This document shows positions 8,725-18,665 of a DNA stretch of 64,000 bases, piece after piece; position 1 is the first letter of the stretch; every line of letters starts with the position of its first letter. This DNA is from an uncultured Methanomassiliicoccales archaeon (GTDB lineage: Archaea; Thermoplasmatota; Thermoplasmata; Methanomassiliicoccales; CAZOLG01). Location of the stretch: contig CAZOLG010000001.1 in NCBI GenBank assembly GCA_964580935.1, forward strand, positions 3,114 through 67,113. Reading direction: 5' to 3'. Below the pieces are notes generated by a model. The model worked only from the letters and a program-made list of their open reading frames with translations, was not told the origin of the DNA and did not search any database. Position numbers and translations under genes: made by a program.

Positions 8725-10155
8725 TCAGGAGAGCTGAGCGCCCACTATCCTCTCAACCTCCGTCAAAAACTCTTCTTCTTTACCCGACGGTATGGTGGCA
8801 CCTGCGGCTATGTTGTGACCGCCACCGCCGCCGGAGACTTTCTCCGAAGCCTGCTTCATGGCCGAGGCGAGGTCCAACCCCTTTTTTACCAGCTCTTTTG
8901 TGCCTCTTGCCGACACTTTGATGTTGCCGTCATCCGAGTTGGCGAAAGCTATGACAGGCACCTCTTTGGTAATCTCTCCCGAGCCCAGGACCATGCCTGC
9001 TACGATGCCCACGATGCTGTCCATGATCTCGTCCTGTGCGTGGAAGTGCTGTATCCACTGTCTTCTTTGGACGCCCAGATCCATCACCGTGCCTATGGCG
9101 TTCGCCAGCTTCCTCCTGTGGTTCCTCTGAAGTCTGAGGGCTTTCTCCAGGTTTTCGTCTCTGTCGCCCTTGCACACCTCCATACCCACTTCGGCCTCAC
9201 CGTACCGGCCGCAGGAGTTGAGCAGGGTGGCGAACTCTTTAGCATCGTGCAACTCGGTGCCCTCTTCTTCCTTGGCAAGCAAGTACACTTCCCCGATCAG
9301 CCTCCTGATGGCCCTCGAGCCCCTTCCGGTGTCCAGAAGGAGATTACTCAGGGCACTGGCTATGGTCTTCTTCTCTTCGGCCCCTAAGTCTACCCAGCAC
9401 CTCCAGGTGTCCTCTTCTTGCTCGCTAATGCCCAAATCCTGTATGAACTGCTTGCAGGCGTCCAGGTTCCCCGTAAGCCCGGGCAGATAAGGGTCCGACG
9501 AGTACTGCAGCATCTTCGAAAGCGGCCGGGTCTCCCTCCCGAATATTTGGATGTCGATGATCTTCTCCACTGTCCCCTGCTCCTCCGCCTCCCCGAGCAA
9601 TTTCCTGTTGAACCCTCTCAATCGGCAGCGGGCGGAGTCCTGGAAGTCGCCCACGGCGCCAACGATGGCCAGTCCGCTGAGGTCTTTGTTGCTCCCGTCC
9701 ATAGCCCTGGCCACGCAATAAGTAGTGCCAGCCCCGCTCACCTCGTAGGAGCCGTCCACGCCGAACAGATGAGGGTTCACATGTCGGCAGCAGAAGTCGA
9801 ACAGAGTGTTCTGGCCCTGTCCCTTCTTCCATGCGTTGGTGTCGTCCGGGACGTGGTGGTCGGCAACGCACAGCCCCGGGTGGTCCATCTGGGAGTAGCA
9901 GCCACTGCCCAGGTCGACGAGCCACAGGGTGTCACACTCTTCCCCGTCCAGCTCCTTCCGCTCCTTTTCATCCAGCTTCTTGATGAATCTGACCCTGTGG
10001 GGCACTCCCGCCCGCTCCAGGGCGGAAGAGGCGATGGAGGCGGCGCTCACCCCATCCGCGTCGATGTGTGCCACCACCAGGACATCTGATGAGGTCTTGA
10101 GCTGATCGGCCATGCTCCCCGCCGCCTGCAGGAATCCCTTGACGTCCCTTTCCAA
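8725..10155 (-). CDS. DHH-family RecJ-like phosphoesterase/exonuclease (archaeal RecJ/GAN type)
   Basis: VVAHIDADGVSAASI and VADHHV DHH motifs. C-terminal GGGGHNIAAGA DHHA1-like motif. Confidence 0.85.
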   Translation of the reverse strand: MERDVKGFLQAAGSMADQLKTSSDVLVVAHIDADGVSAASIASSALERAGVPHRVRFIKKLDEKERKELDGEECDTLWLVDLGSGCYSQMDHPGLCVADHHVPDDTNAWKKGQGQNTLFDFCCRHVNPHLFGVDGSYEVSGAGTTYCVARAMDGSNKDLSGLAIVGAVGDFQDSARCRLRGFNRKLLGEAEEQGTVEKIIDIQIFGRETRPLSKMLQYSSDPYLPGLTGNLDACKQFIQDLGISEQEEDTWRCWVDLGAEEKKTIASALSNLLLDTGRGSRAIRRLIGEVYLLAKEEEGTELHDAKEFATLLNSCGRYGEAEVGMEVCKGDRDENLEKALRLQRNHRRKLANAIGTVMDLGVQRRQWIQHFHAQDEIMDSIVGIVAGMVLGSGEITKEVPVIAFANSDDGNIKVSARGTKELVKKGLDLASAMKQASEKVSGGGGGHNIAAGATIPSGKEEEFLTEVERIVGAQLS

Positions 10156-10159
10156 CTGC

Positions 10160-10918
10160 TCACTCTCCCTCTATAGCCTGCTCCTTCATGCTGTCGTAGA
10201 CATAGCGGGCCAGCGGTTTGAGGTTTTCTGTGTCTTCTGCATTGTATCTTGTCAGCAGCTTCAGAGCGTTCTCTCTCCCCTTGCGCTCCCACAGGTTCCA
10301 CAGGTACACTGCTTGTTCCCCGGTGACGTAGTCCACCTCCTTGGGCCTGGCCATCCCCAGCCGCCTCTCGATGTTCTTCAGGCCCCCCTTCAGGCCTACG
10401 CGGGAACAGGCGTGCCTGAGGTCGAAGTGCGGCACGTTGGGAACGGAGAACGGAAAGTGATATCCCAGTATCGGTATGTCGAAAGAACTGCCGTTGAAGG
10501 TGACCAGAAGTTTGCAGCCCTCGAGCGCCCTCTCCAGCGATTCGGGGTTCAGGCCGCGGTCCCTGACAAGAGTCGTGGTCTCGTTGCCCTTATGCACGCC
10601 GACTACGGTCACCGTGGCCTCGCTGCTCAGCCCGTCGGTCTCGATGTCCAGGTAGGCGGTCCTGTCCTCGAACCTCTCGAACATCCTCCAGTGCTCCCTA
10701 GAGGGCAGCACCTTGGTGAAGTACTCCGTGTGGTCTCTGCGGAGCAGCTCATCAGCCTCCTCCAGGTGCGGATCGAGCCTGGCCTTCCTCTCTCTGGAAA
10801 AACCTTCCGGCTTGTCGGCAGCGAGGAAATCGTCCCAGTCGTGTATACCTTGCTGCCACAGTGATCTTTCGGTGGTGCGTCCCACCGATGGTAAAATGAG
10901 AAAGGTCCTTCTGATCAT
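10160..10918 (-). CDS. RNase H-like (YprB-type, DEDD) predicted exonuclease
   Basis: YLDIETDGL exonuclease motif. 252 aa. Ends 4 nt before the RecJ-like gene start, so likely co-transcribed. Confidence 0.7.
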   Translation of the reverse strand: MIRRTFLILPSVGRTTERSLWQQGIHDWDDFLAADKPEGFSRERKARLDPHLEEADELLRRDHTEYFTKVLPSREHWRMFERFEDRTAYLDIETDGLSSEATVTVVGVHKGNETTTLVRDRGLNPESLERALEGCKLLVTFNGSSFDIPILGYHFPFSVPNVPHFDLRHACSRVGLKGGLKNIERRLGMARPKEVDYVTGEQAVYLWNLWERKGRENALKLLTRYNAEDTENLKPLARYVYDSMKEQAIEGE

Positions 10919-11031
10919 CCTGAAAATGATTGAAAGCCCGACTCAATATTCTTTCGGTGGGCACTTTGAAACTGGTGCCCGAGTCCTTGTACCCGATAAA
11001 CTTGAAATATCGACTTCTCCAATAGGGAAAC

Positions 11032-11454
11032 GTGAAGCGAATTTCGGTCGAGCTGGACCCTGATACCCACCGACGCCTGTCCAACCTGATGAAGATTCTG
11101 GAGATGAGCGACGTGGACAGCGCGCTCAACCAGATCATGGAGCAGGTGGAGCTCCGCGGCTGGAAGAGGAGAAAGGAAGCGATGGACGAGATCGAGAGGA
11201 TATTCACTCTTGAGTGCCCGTACATAAACAGGAAAGTCTCTCTGGCCAGCTGCGAGCACTGTCCCTACTGCGATGAGCTGGACAAGAAGGAGGGCTGTGT
11301 AGTGTGCTCCTACGGACAATCCAGGGAATTGGAGTTCATGACCACCTGCCCCAGGATGAGGAGCACGGCCACCGTGGTCAGCTGCGTTGACTGCCGGTTC
11401 GGCAAGGTCTCCGAGAAACACGGCACCGTGGTGTGTCGTTACTTCGACGAATGA
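11032..11454 (+). CDS. Ribbon-helix-helix-like N-terminus plus Cys-rich domain, hypothetical
   Basis: GTG start. KRISVELDPDTHRRLSNLMK resembles a CopG/RHH strand-helix. The C-terminal half has multiple CxxC pairs. Confidence 0.45.
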   Translation: MKRISVELDPDTHRRLSNLMKILEMSDVDSALNQIMEQVELRGWKRRKEAMDEIERIFTLECPYINRKVSLASCEHCPYCDELDKKEGCVVCSYGQSRELEFMTTCPRMRSTATVVSCVDCRFGKVSEKHGTVVCRYFDE

Positions 11455-11460
11455 ACGGTT

Positions 11461-12201
11461 TTGAACATGGACGCTATGGAGATACTCCCACAGGTAACGA
11501 TTACCAACGACATGTGCGCTCTACTGGGCACTGATACTGTAGTGATAGCCGACCTGCACATCGGCTACGAGTCGGCGATGGAGGAGCAGGGTCTGTCTTT
11601 GCCCCGCATTCAGGTCAACGAGCTCAGGGAGCGCCTGCTACACATCCTGGACAAGTACGAGCCGGAGCGCACGGTGATCTTGGGAGACATGAAACACGAG
11701 TTCAGCAGGAACCTCAGGCAGGAGTGGGACGACGTCCAGCACCTGCTGTCTCTGCTGAAGAGCCAGACCGAAGTGGTCATAGTGCGGGGCAACCACGACA
11801 ACTACCTGGCCACCATAGCCTCCAAGATGGACGTGCCGATGGTCAGAGAGCACAGGGAGGAAGGCATTACACTCACTCACGGCCACCGAGACTCAAAGCA
11901 AAGGCCGATTATGATGGGGCACGAGCACCCCTCCATCAAGATATTCGACGAAGTGGGGGCCTACGTCCGCTTCCACTGTTACATGCTCGACCGTGAAGAA
12001 AAAATACTGGTACTCCCCGCATTCAGTCCCCTGGCCTCCGGCACCGACCTCTCCAGGGCCGGCTACAGGTCCTTCCTGTCCCCCATCCTGAAAGGTCATG
12101 ACACAGCTAGGATGGAGGTGATCGCCTGCAGCGAGATCGGCCTGCTCTCCCTGGGCAGCCTGTCGGAGATCACGGAGCAGAGGGCCAGGCTGAAGGGCTG
12201 A
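11461..12201 (+). CDS. Calcineurin-like metallophosphoesterase (SbcD/Mre11-related small family)
   Basis: Motifs DLHIGYE, GDMKHE, RGNHD, HGH, GHEHP. The true start may be the ATG a few codons into the ORF. Confidence 0.8.
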   Translation: MNMDAMEILPQVTITNDMCALLGTDTVVIADLHIGYESAMEEQGLSLPRIQVNELRERLLHILDKYEPERTVILGDMKHEFSRNLRQEWDDVQHLLSLLKSQTEVVIVRGNHDNYLATIASKMDVPMVREHREEGITLTHGHRDSKQRPIMMGHEHPSIKIFDEVGAYVRFHCYMLDREEKILVLPAFSPLASGTDLSRAGYRSFLSPILKGHDTARMEVIACSEIGLLSLGSLSEITEQRARLKG

Positions 12202-12272
12202 TCGTTGTTCTCCCCTCTCTAACTACTCTTTATCTAGCAGCATATCATTAATTAGGCATGCCAGCGTAAGGG

Positions 12273-13367
12273 ATGGCAATGAATGTAGAATCGAGCACGG
12301 GGCGGCTGAGCATCGCCAGATGGTGGCACCTTGAGGACGATAGGGTCAGGTGCGAGCTGTGCCCCCATAGTTGTCTACTGGTCAAGGGAGGTACTGGTCG
12401 ATGCCACGTGAGGAAGAACGTGGGAGGCGTGCTTCACAGCATGAACTACGGTAAGATGTGCGTGTCGGCCATAGACCCCATAGAGAAGAAGCCGATGTTC
12501 CACTACAGGCCGGGCAGCAAGTTATTCTCTATAGGCACATTCGGCTGTAACATGAGGTGCGATAACTGTCAGAACTTCTCCCTGGCCTCTTCTTCCGGGG
12601 ACGACATCCCTCATGAAGAGTGGACCCCAGAGGAGGTTGTCGAGCACGCTCTCGAGAAGGGAGCGGATGGTATATCCTACACGTTCAACGAGCCCACTAT
12701 ATGGTATGAGTTCGTGTACGACGTTTCTGAGTTGGCCAGGCAGCATGGGTTGTACACCATGATGAACACCAACGGCTACACGAACCCCGGTCCGTTGGAA
12801 GAACTGCTGCCCCTGGTCGATGCCTTCAACGTGGACCTCAAGTCCTTTTCCGACCAGTTCTACGAGGAGAACTGTGGTGCTACCCGGGGACCGGTCATGG
12901 ACACCTGCTCCAGGATAGCCAGCGCTGGGACTCATTTAGAAGTCACCTACCTACTTATCACCGGGATGAACGATTCGACGCAGGAGATCACCGAGCTATG
13001 CGAGTGGGTGGCGAAAGAGCTGGGTGAGGACACTCCTCTGCACCTGTTCAGGTTCCTCCCCTTCCACAGGCTGTCGCACATCGAGGAGCAGACCATGGAC
13101 AAGCTGGACGAGGCTTATCAGATCGCCCAATCCGCCGGTCTGCGCTTCCCGTACTACGCCGGAGTGACCGGTCATCCCCGCCAGAACACCAGCTGTCCGG
13201 AATGCGGCGCGACACTCATCGAAAGGCAGAGCCAGCAGGTGGAGGAGAAGATCTCGGTTAAGGAGGACGAGATCAGCAGGTTCTGTCCTACGTACCCTTC
13301 GGTGGTTTCTCATCTGGAAGACGGAAGTTGTCCCCGGTGTGGAGCTCCTATACCGATCATCACCTAG
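12273..13367 (+). CDS. Radical SAM enzyme, AmmeMemoRadiSam-type, with C-terminal zinc ribbons
   Basis: CNMRCDNCQN (CxxxCxxC) cluster motif, GISYTFNEP block, C-terminal CPECG and CPRCG. Confidence 0.8.
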   Translation: MAMNVESSTGRLSIARWWHLEDDRVRCELCPHSCLLVKGGTGRCHVRKNVGGVLHSMNYGKMCVSAIDPIEKKPMFHYRPGSKLFSIGTFGCNMRCDNCQNFSLASSSGDDIPHEEWTPEEVVEHALEKGADGISYTFNEPTIWYEFVYDVSELARQHGLYTMMNTNGYTNPGPLEELLPLVDAFNVDLKSFSDQFYEENCGATRGPVMDTCSRIASAGTHLEVTYLLITGMNDSTQEITELCEWVAKELGEDTPLHLFRFLPFHRLSHIEEQTMDKLDEAYQIAQSAGLRFPYYAGVTGHPRQNTSCPECGATLIERQSQQVEEKISVKEDEISRFCPTYPSVVSHLEDGSCPRCGAPIPIIT

Positions 13368-13550
13368 TTGTCAGCAGAACTATGAGACGCTACCCCGTAT
13401 TCGATCCCCGAGAAATCTGTGCTCCCCTTCATGATCTGTTTGCGATTGCCACCCTGACCTCATTGGATAGTGTATCCATCCACAAAAGGGTTTATAATAA
13501 TGCATCCTAATCCGAAAATTGAATCCTGACTTTGAGGAGGGAATCTAAGC

Positions 13551-14189
13551 ATGAGCGAAGTACTAGAGAAATTGGCGGATGCTGTTATCAATGGTAAGAT
13601 CAAAGAGGCAAAACCATTGGCGGAGGATGCCTTGGAAGAGGGAATCGATGCGAAGACGATCATTTTTGAAGGCCTCAGCGCTGGTATGGAAGTGGTGGGG
13701 GACAAGTACGAGAACAAGGAATACTTCTTGCCCCAGGTTCTGCTTTCTGCCCAGGCGATGTACGCCGCACTGGACATAGTGCTTCCAGAACTGAGCGTCG
13801 AAGACGCGGCCGCCAGTGGGAGAGTGGTAATCGGTGTCGTGGAGGGAGACGTCCACGATATCGGAAAGAACATCGTCAAGGCGATGCTCACCGGTGCAGG
13901 ACTGACCATTTTCGACCTGGGCAGGGACATACCTCTCAAGGACTACATCGCGAAGGTCAAGGAAGAGGATGCCCATATGCTGGCCACGTCCACCCTGATG
14001 ACTCCTACCCTGGCCGGTATGGAAGAACTGGAGAAGATGCTCAAGGAAGAGAACCTCAAGGGTCCTGTCAAGAGCATGATCGGTGGCGGTGCTACCTCCC
14101 GCGAATTCGCGGACAAGATCGGGGCCGACGGCTGGGCCTACGATGCTACTGAAGCCGTGAAAGTGGCCACCAAGCTGCTGGCAGAATAA
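13551..14189 (+). CDS. Methyltransferase cognate corrinoid protein (MtaC/MtbC/MtsB family)
   Basis: 212 aa. B12-binding DVHDIGKN (DxHxxG) motif, helical cap domain, and later SxL and GGG blocks. Confidence 0.9.
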   Translation: MSEVLEKLADAVINGKIKEAKPLAEDALEEGIDAKTIIFEGLSAGMEVVGDKYENKEYFLPQVLLSAQAMYAALDIVLPELSVEDAAASGRVVIGVVEGDVHDIGKNIVKAMLTGAGLTIFDLGRDIPLKDYIAKVKEEDAHMLATSTLMTPTLAGMEELEKMLKEENLKGPVKSMIGGGATSREFADKIGADGWAYDATEAVKVATKLLAE

Positions 14190-14301
14190 ATGGGTTACAC
14201 CCACCTTTCTTTTTTATATAATTCTTGTAGAACTTACCTGCGAGCGTGAGCTATACTAAAAACTATAATACATTAGCTCTCTTCCTGGGGAAAAGCGGGT
14301 A

Positions 14302-16311
14302 TTGTCCCCTGAACTGGGGATCATTCTCATGGCTGCTACATCTAAGGGTAAGGACGGCCGGAAGCTCGGACTGGGCATAGATACAGGAGGCACCTTTACG
14401 GACGCCGTCATTGTGGACCTGGACACCAAGGAAGTCATCACCAAGGCCAAGGCACCTACCAACCACCAGAACCTCTCCCTGAGCATCGACCAGGCGGTCA
14501 ACAATGTCATGGAGGCCGCAGGGATCGATATAGGCCTCATAAGACTGGTGGGCGTTTCCACCACCCTGGCCACCAATTCGGTGCTGGAGGGCAAAGGGGC
14601 TCGGGTGGGCCTCATCGGCATCGGCTGGGAGCCAAAAGAGGGGTGGGAACTGGGTGCCGACAAGGAGAGGTTCATCCAGGGTGGCCACGATCTGCAGGGC
14701 CGCACGCAGCAGCCACTGCTTGACGAAGAGGTGGAGGCCGCCATCCAGGAGATGAGCGAAGGCATAGACGCTCTGGTAGTGTCCAGTCTATTCAGCGTGT
14801 CAAACAGGTCACACGAGGAGATGGTGAGAAAGAAGGCCGAGGGGAAGCTGGATCTACCGGTGGTGGCCGGTCACGAGCTGACCGGAGAGCTGGGGGTGAA
14901 GGAGCGGACGGTCACCGCGGTGCTCAACGCCCGCCTGATCCCGGTCTTGGACTCTTTCCTGGGCGACGTTAAGAAGACGTTGGAGAGGATGGGCATAGAG
15001 GCGTCGCTCATGGTGTTCAAGGGGGACGGGAGCCTGATGAACCTGGAGACCGCTGTCAAGAGACCGGTGGAGACGATCCTGTCCGGACCCGCCGCAAGCG
15101 CGATGGGCGGAAAGAAGTTAGCCGGCCTGGACGACTGCATGGTGATCGACGTCGGCGGCACCTCCACCGACATCGCCCTCCTGGACGGAGGCTTCCCACA
15201 GATATCCCCGGAGGGGGCGGTCATCGGCGACTGGAGGACCAGAGTCAGGGCGGTGAACATGTGGACCGCTGCCATGGGCGGTGACTCCGGGATCATGGTG
15301 GACGACCGCAGGAATATCACGTTCTCTCCAAAGAGGGTCATCCCGCTTTCCATTGCCTCTTCGATGTTCGACGGTCTGCTGGAGAAGATGAAGGAGAGCC
15401 AGGAGACGGAGTTCCTGGTCATGAACCAGAGGAACCTGAAGAATCCCTCTCGTGGTGAGAAAGAGGTCTTTGAATTCGTGGAGGAGCACGGCCCTGTGAG
15501 GGTAAGAGAGATCAAGGATGGTGTTTCTGTCGTACTCGTGGACAGGTACGTGGACTCTCTGTTAGAGAAAGGCAGGATCATCGGTATCGGCCTTACCCCT
15601 ACGGACATACTGCACGTCACAGGCGATTACATGGAGGGGGACGTGGAAGCCGCCGCCTTCGGCGTTGAGAGGGCGAGGGAAAAGGCCCATATGGATGAGG
15701 AGGAGTTCTGCGACACCATCCTGAACATGGTAGCTTCCAGTATATGCAGGGAGGTGGTCAAAAAGGTCATGTCCGACGAGGTGGGGATCAACCCCGATTC
15801 TGAAGGCTCTGAAGACTCTGAGTACCTGCTGGACCTGATAAGCAAGGGGAGGCTCAGCGACATTCTGTCGTTGGACGCTACACTGCAGAACAAGATAGTG
15901 GGTATAGGTGCCCCTGTGCACGTCTACCTGCCCATGATCGAGGAGAGGTTGGGCACTGAGGTGATCATACCTGACGACCACGAGGTGGGCAACGCCGTGG
16001 GCGCCGTCTGCTCTCAGGTGGTGGAGGTCATCAAGGTGATGATCTACCCCAACATGGACCACAAGTTCTCGGTCATCGCCCCTTCGTATGGAGCGTCCCA
16101 GTACAGTCACATCGAGCAGGCCATAGGGAGCGCCAAGAGCATAGCGTCAAGGCATGTCAGGGAGAGGGCAGAAATGGCCGGTGCTAAGGACGTCAAGGTC
16201 AAGGTGACAGTCAACGAGAAGAAGTCTAAAGGGGGCGTGGTGGTCTCAGGCGAGCTCACCCACTGGGTGGAGGTCATTGCCAAGGCTGTGGGTCAGCCAA
16301 CAATCGTTTAG
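14302..16311 (+). CDS. Hydantoinase/oxoprolinase-family (ASKHA ATPase-fold) protein
   Basis: GIDTGGTFTDAV N-terminal hydantoinase motif and VIDVGGTSTDIAL second phosphate motif. The ORF track start is TTG; the ATG at 14329 is the more likely start. Confidence 0.8.
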   Translation: MSPELGIILMAATSKGKDGRKLGLGIDTGGTFTDAVIVDLDTKEVITKAKAPTNHQNLSLSIDQAVNNVMEAAGIDIGLIRLVGVSTTLATNSVLEGKGARVGLIGIGWEPKEGWELGADKERFIQGGHDLQGRTQQPLLDEEVEAAIQEMSEGIDALVVSSLFSVSNRSHEEMVRKKAEGKLDLPVVAGHELTGELGVKERTVTAVLNARLIPVLDSFLGDVKKTLERMGIEASLMVFKGDGSLMNLETAVKRPVETILSGPAASAMGGKKLAGLDDCMVIDVGGTSTDIALLDGGFPQISPEGAVIGDWRTRVRAVNMWTAAMGGDSGIMVDDRRNITFSPKRVIPLSIASSMFDGLLEKMKESQETEFLVMNQRNLKNPSRGEKEVFEFVEEHGPVRVREIKDGVSVVLVDRYVDSLLEKGRIIGIGLTPTDILHVTGDYMEGDVEAAAFGVERAREKAHMDEEEFCDTILNMVASSICREVVKKVMSDEVGINPDSEGSEDSEYLLDLISKGRLSDILSLDATLQNKIVGIGAPVHVYLPMIEERLGTEVIIPDDHEVGNAVGAVCSQVVEVIKVMIYPNMDHKFSVIAPSYGASQYSHIEQAIGSAKSIASRHVRERAEMAGAKDVKVKVTVNEKKSKGGVVVSGELTHWVEVIAKAVGQPTIV

Positions 16312-16384
16312 GAAAGATTGAAGTATCCGCGTTTAGATTTTCGACCATAGTAACCAGACTTATATTCCGAGGAGGCAAAGATTT

Positions 16385-17404
16385 ATGGCTAATGGAATGA
16401 CAGCAAAGGAAAGATGGCTCAGGGCCATGGAAATGAGGGAAGTGGACAGACCACCTGTCTGCTGTATGACTCAGAGCGCCACACTCGATCAGATGGACGC
16501 TGTGGGCGTGTACTGGCCCGATGTTCATACCAGTGGGGAGAAGATGGCCAAGCTGGCTTTGGCCGGTAACGAAGTAATAGGATTCGAATCAGTTAGGGTA
16601 CCTTACTGTCTCACCGTCGAGGCTGAGATTATGGGGGTCGAAGTGAACCTGGGAAAGAAGGACAGGACCCCGATGGTCAAGTCTCATCCTTTCAATGAAG
16701 ACACTATCGATGAGATCGAAATCCCTGAGAACATGATTGAGAAGGGAAGGGCGAAAGAAGTGGTCAAGGCGGCCGAGATCCTGAAGGACGAAGTGGGCGA
16801 TGAGTTGCCGGTTGTTGTAGGCACAACAGGTCCGTTCACCATCGCTGGACACCTGGTGGGCACAGAGAACCTGCTTCTGTGGATCGTGACCAATCCTGAC
16901 GCGGTTCACCGTGTGCTGGAGAAGGCGGCGGAGATAGCCTATCAGTATCACAAGGAGATCGACCAGGTAGGTGTGGACGCCATTCAGCAGAGTGAGCCTT
17001 CTGCTTCAACGGACATGCTCTCCGGAGAGATGTTCGATGAATTCGCTGCCCCTTACATCAAGCGCTCCCTGGAGGGCGTGAACAACGCCAAGACGGTGCT
17101 GCACATCTGTGGAGACACTGAGATACTCATAGACCACATGATCGAGACCGGTACGGACGGTCTAAGTATCGAGGAGAAGGTGGACCCCTACAAGGCCGTG
17201 GAGCTCGTGGACGGCAGGATCGCCCTGATAGGAAACATAGGTGTGGTCAACCCGCTGCTGCAGGGAACTCCGGAAGACGTGGTCGAGGAGACCAAACGGG
17301 TCGTAGACTCGGGATTCGAGATCATCAACTCCGGCTGTGGACTGGCTGCTTCAGTCCCCAAAGAGAATCTCCTGGCGATGGTGCGTACCGTCCAGGAGAT
17401 GTAA
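16385..17404 (+). CDS. Methylcobamide:CoM methyltransferase family protein (UroD fold; MtaA/MtbA/MtsA-like), copy 1
   Basis: 339 aa. Zinc-ligand pattern HICGD plus a later GCGL. Strong GGAGG about 8 nt upstream of the ATG. Confidence 0.85.
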   Translation: MANGMTAKERWLRAMEMREVDRPPVCCMTQSATLDQMDAVGVYWPDVHTSGEKMAKLALAGNEVIGFESVRVPYCLTVEAEIMGVEVNLGKKDRTPMVKSHPFNEDTIDEIEIPENMIEKGRAKEVVKAAEILKDEVGDELPVVVGTTGPFTIAGHLVGTENLLLWIVTNPDAVHRVLEKAAEIAYQYHKEIDQVGVDAIQQSEPSASTDMLSGEMFDEFAAPYIKRSLEGVNNAKTVLHICGDTEILIDHMIETGTDGLSIEEKVDPYKAVELVDGRIALIGNIGVVNPLLQGTPEDVVEETKRVVDSGFEIINSGCGLAASVPKENLLAMVRTVQEM

Positions 17405-17545
17405 GCCCCAAAAACTACTTTCTTTCTATATATTGTGTATTTTCTATATACTCTAATTATTCCACACCCTGTTCTCTATTGCTCCTAGAGTCCGTCCTCC
17501 AGCTCAAACATATTTATCCTACGTCTCTGTTCACCTTATGGTGGT

Positions 17546-18562
17546 ATGATGAGGTCCCTGGACAGAGTGATGGCTTCCCTATCGATGGAGGAGACGGACA
17601 GACCGCCGGTTACCTGCATGACCACCAGTGTCACCCTCGACCAGATGGATGCTTTGGGCGTATACTGGCCGGAGGCTCATCACGACCCGTCATTGATGGC
17701 CGGGCTGGCCAGGGCCGCTCATGACATAGTGGGCTTCGAATCGGTCCGTATCCCCTTCTGTCTGACGGTGGAAGCGGAGATACTGGGGGCGGAAGTGGAC
17801 ACTACGTCTAGTAGGCGGACCCCGATGGTCAAGTCCCACCCTCTCCGGCAGGGTGGTTATATGGACATACCGGATGATGTCGCAGGTAAGGGTAGGGCGA
17901 AGGTGACCCTTGAAGCTCTCCGCTTGCTGAAAGAAGAGGTGGGGGGCGAGGTGCCGGTGATCCCTCTGGTCACCGGTCCGTTCACACTGGCCGGTCATCT
18001 GGTGGGTATGGAGAAACTCCTGCTGTGGATCATACAGGACCCGGGGGAGGTGCACCGGGTGGTGGACTTTGCCGCCTCGTTCCTTTTGGAATACATGGGC
18101 GCACTGGACGCAGCGGGGGCGGACGTGATACTGATGAGCAATCCATCGGCCTCAGCGGACATGATCTCACCCGAGATGTACAGAGAGTTCTCCGTGCCCC
18201 AGACCCGGAGGGCAATCTCTTCCGTGGAAAACGCAAAGACCGTGCTTCACATCTGCGGGGACAGCACCTCGCTGCTGGACGGTATGGTGAGCGTGGGCAC
18301 CGATGGTCTGAGCGTGGAGGAGAAGGTGGACCCCTTCGAGGCGGTGGACATCGTGAACGGCAGGGCGGCCCTCATCGGCAACGTAGGGGTGATCAATCCC
18401 CTGCTGAACGGCACTCCTGAGCAGGTGGTTAACGCCACAGAGCGGGTGATGGAAGCGGGGTTCGAAGTGATCAACCCCGGCTGCGGTCTCGCTCCTGAGA
18501 TCCCACTGGAGAACCTGCGGGCGATGGTGCGGACGGTGAAAAGGCAGGACCGCGTTCCATAA
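17546..18562 (+). CDS. Methylcobamide:CoM methyltransferase family protein (MtaA/MtbA/MtsA-like), copy 2, tandem paralog
   Basis: 338 aa, collinear with copy 1, more than half of positions identical by eye. Same HICGD...GCGL pattern. Confidence 0.85.
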   Translation: MMRSLDRVMASLSMEETDRPPVTCMTTSVTLDQMDALGVYWPEAHHDPSLMAGLARAAHDIVGFESVRIPFCLTVEAEILGAEVDTTSSRRTPMVKSHPLRQGGYMDIPDDVAGKGRAKVTLEALRLLKEEVGGEVPVIPLVTGPFTLAGHLVGMEKLLLWIIQDPGEVHRVVDFAASFLLEYMGALDAAGADVILMSNPSASADMISPEMYREFSVPQTRRAISSVENAKTVLHICGDSTSLLDGMVSVGTDGLSVEEKVDPFEAVDIVNGRAALIGNVGVINPLLNGTPEQVVNATERVMEAGFEVINPGCGLAPEIPLENLRAMVRTVKRQDRVP

Positions 18563-18665
18563 CCTTGTCGTGTTGACCGCTGCCGTGAGGCTCCCGAAAG
18601 GCACGTTAAAAAAATTTGCATGCAATCTTAAATATTGAAATCATATATCGGAAGCGTGATAGGGC

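Noticed and set aside
8713-10864. Long ORFs antisense to the RecJ-like and RNase-H-like genes (e.g. 8713-9387, 9418-10089, 10112-10864). Similar shadow ORFs lie opposite many other genes (13563-14204, 24181-24891, 40283-41137, 45328-45918, 15562-16110).
   Set aside because: They have low-complexity R/G/P/H-rich translations and no motifs. Each is fully nested opposite a gene with clear family signatures. This is typical of GC-rich shadow frames.
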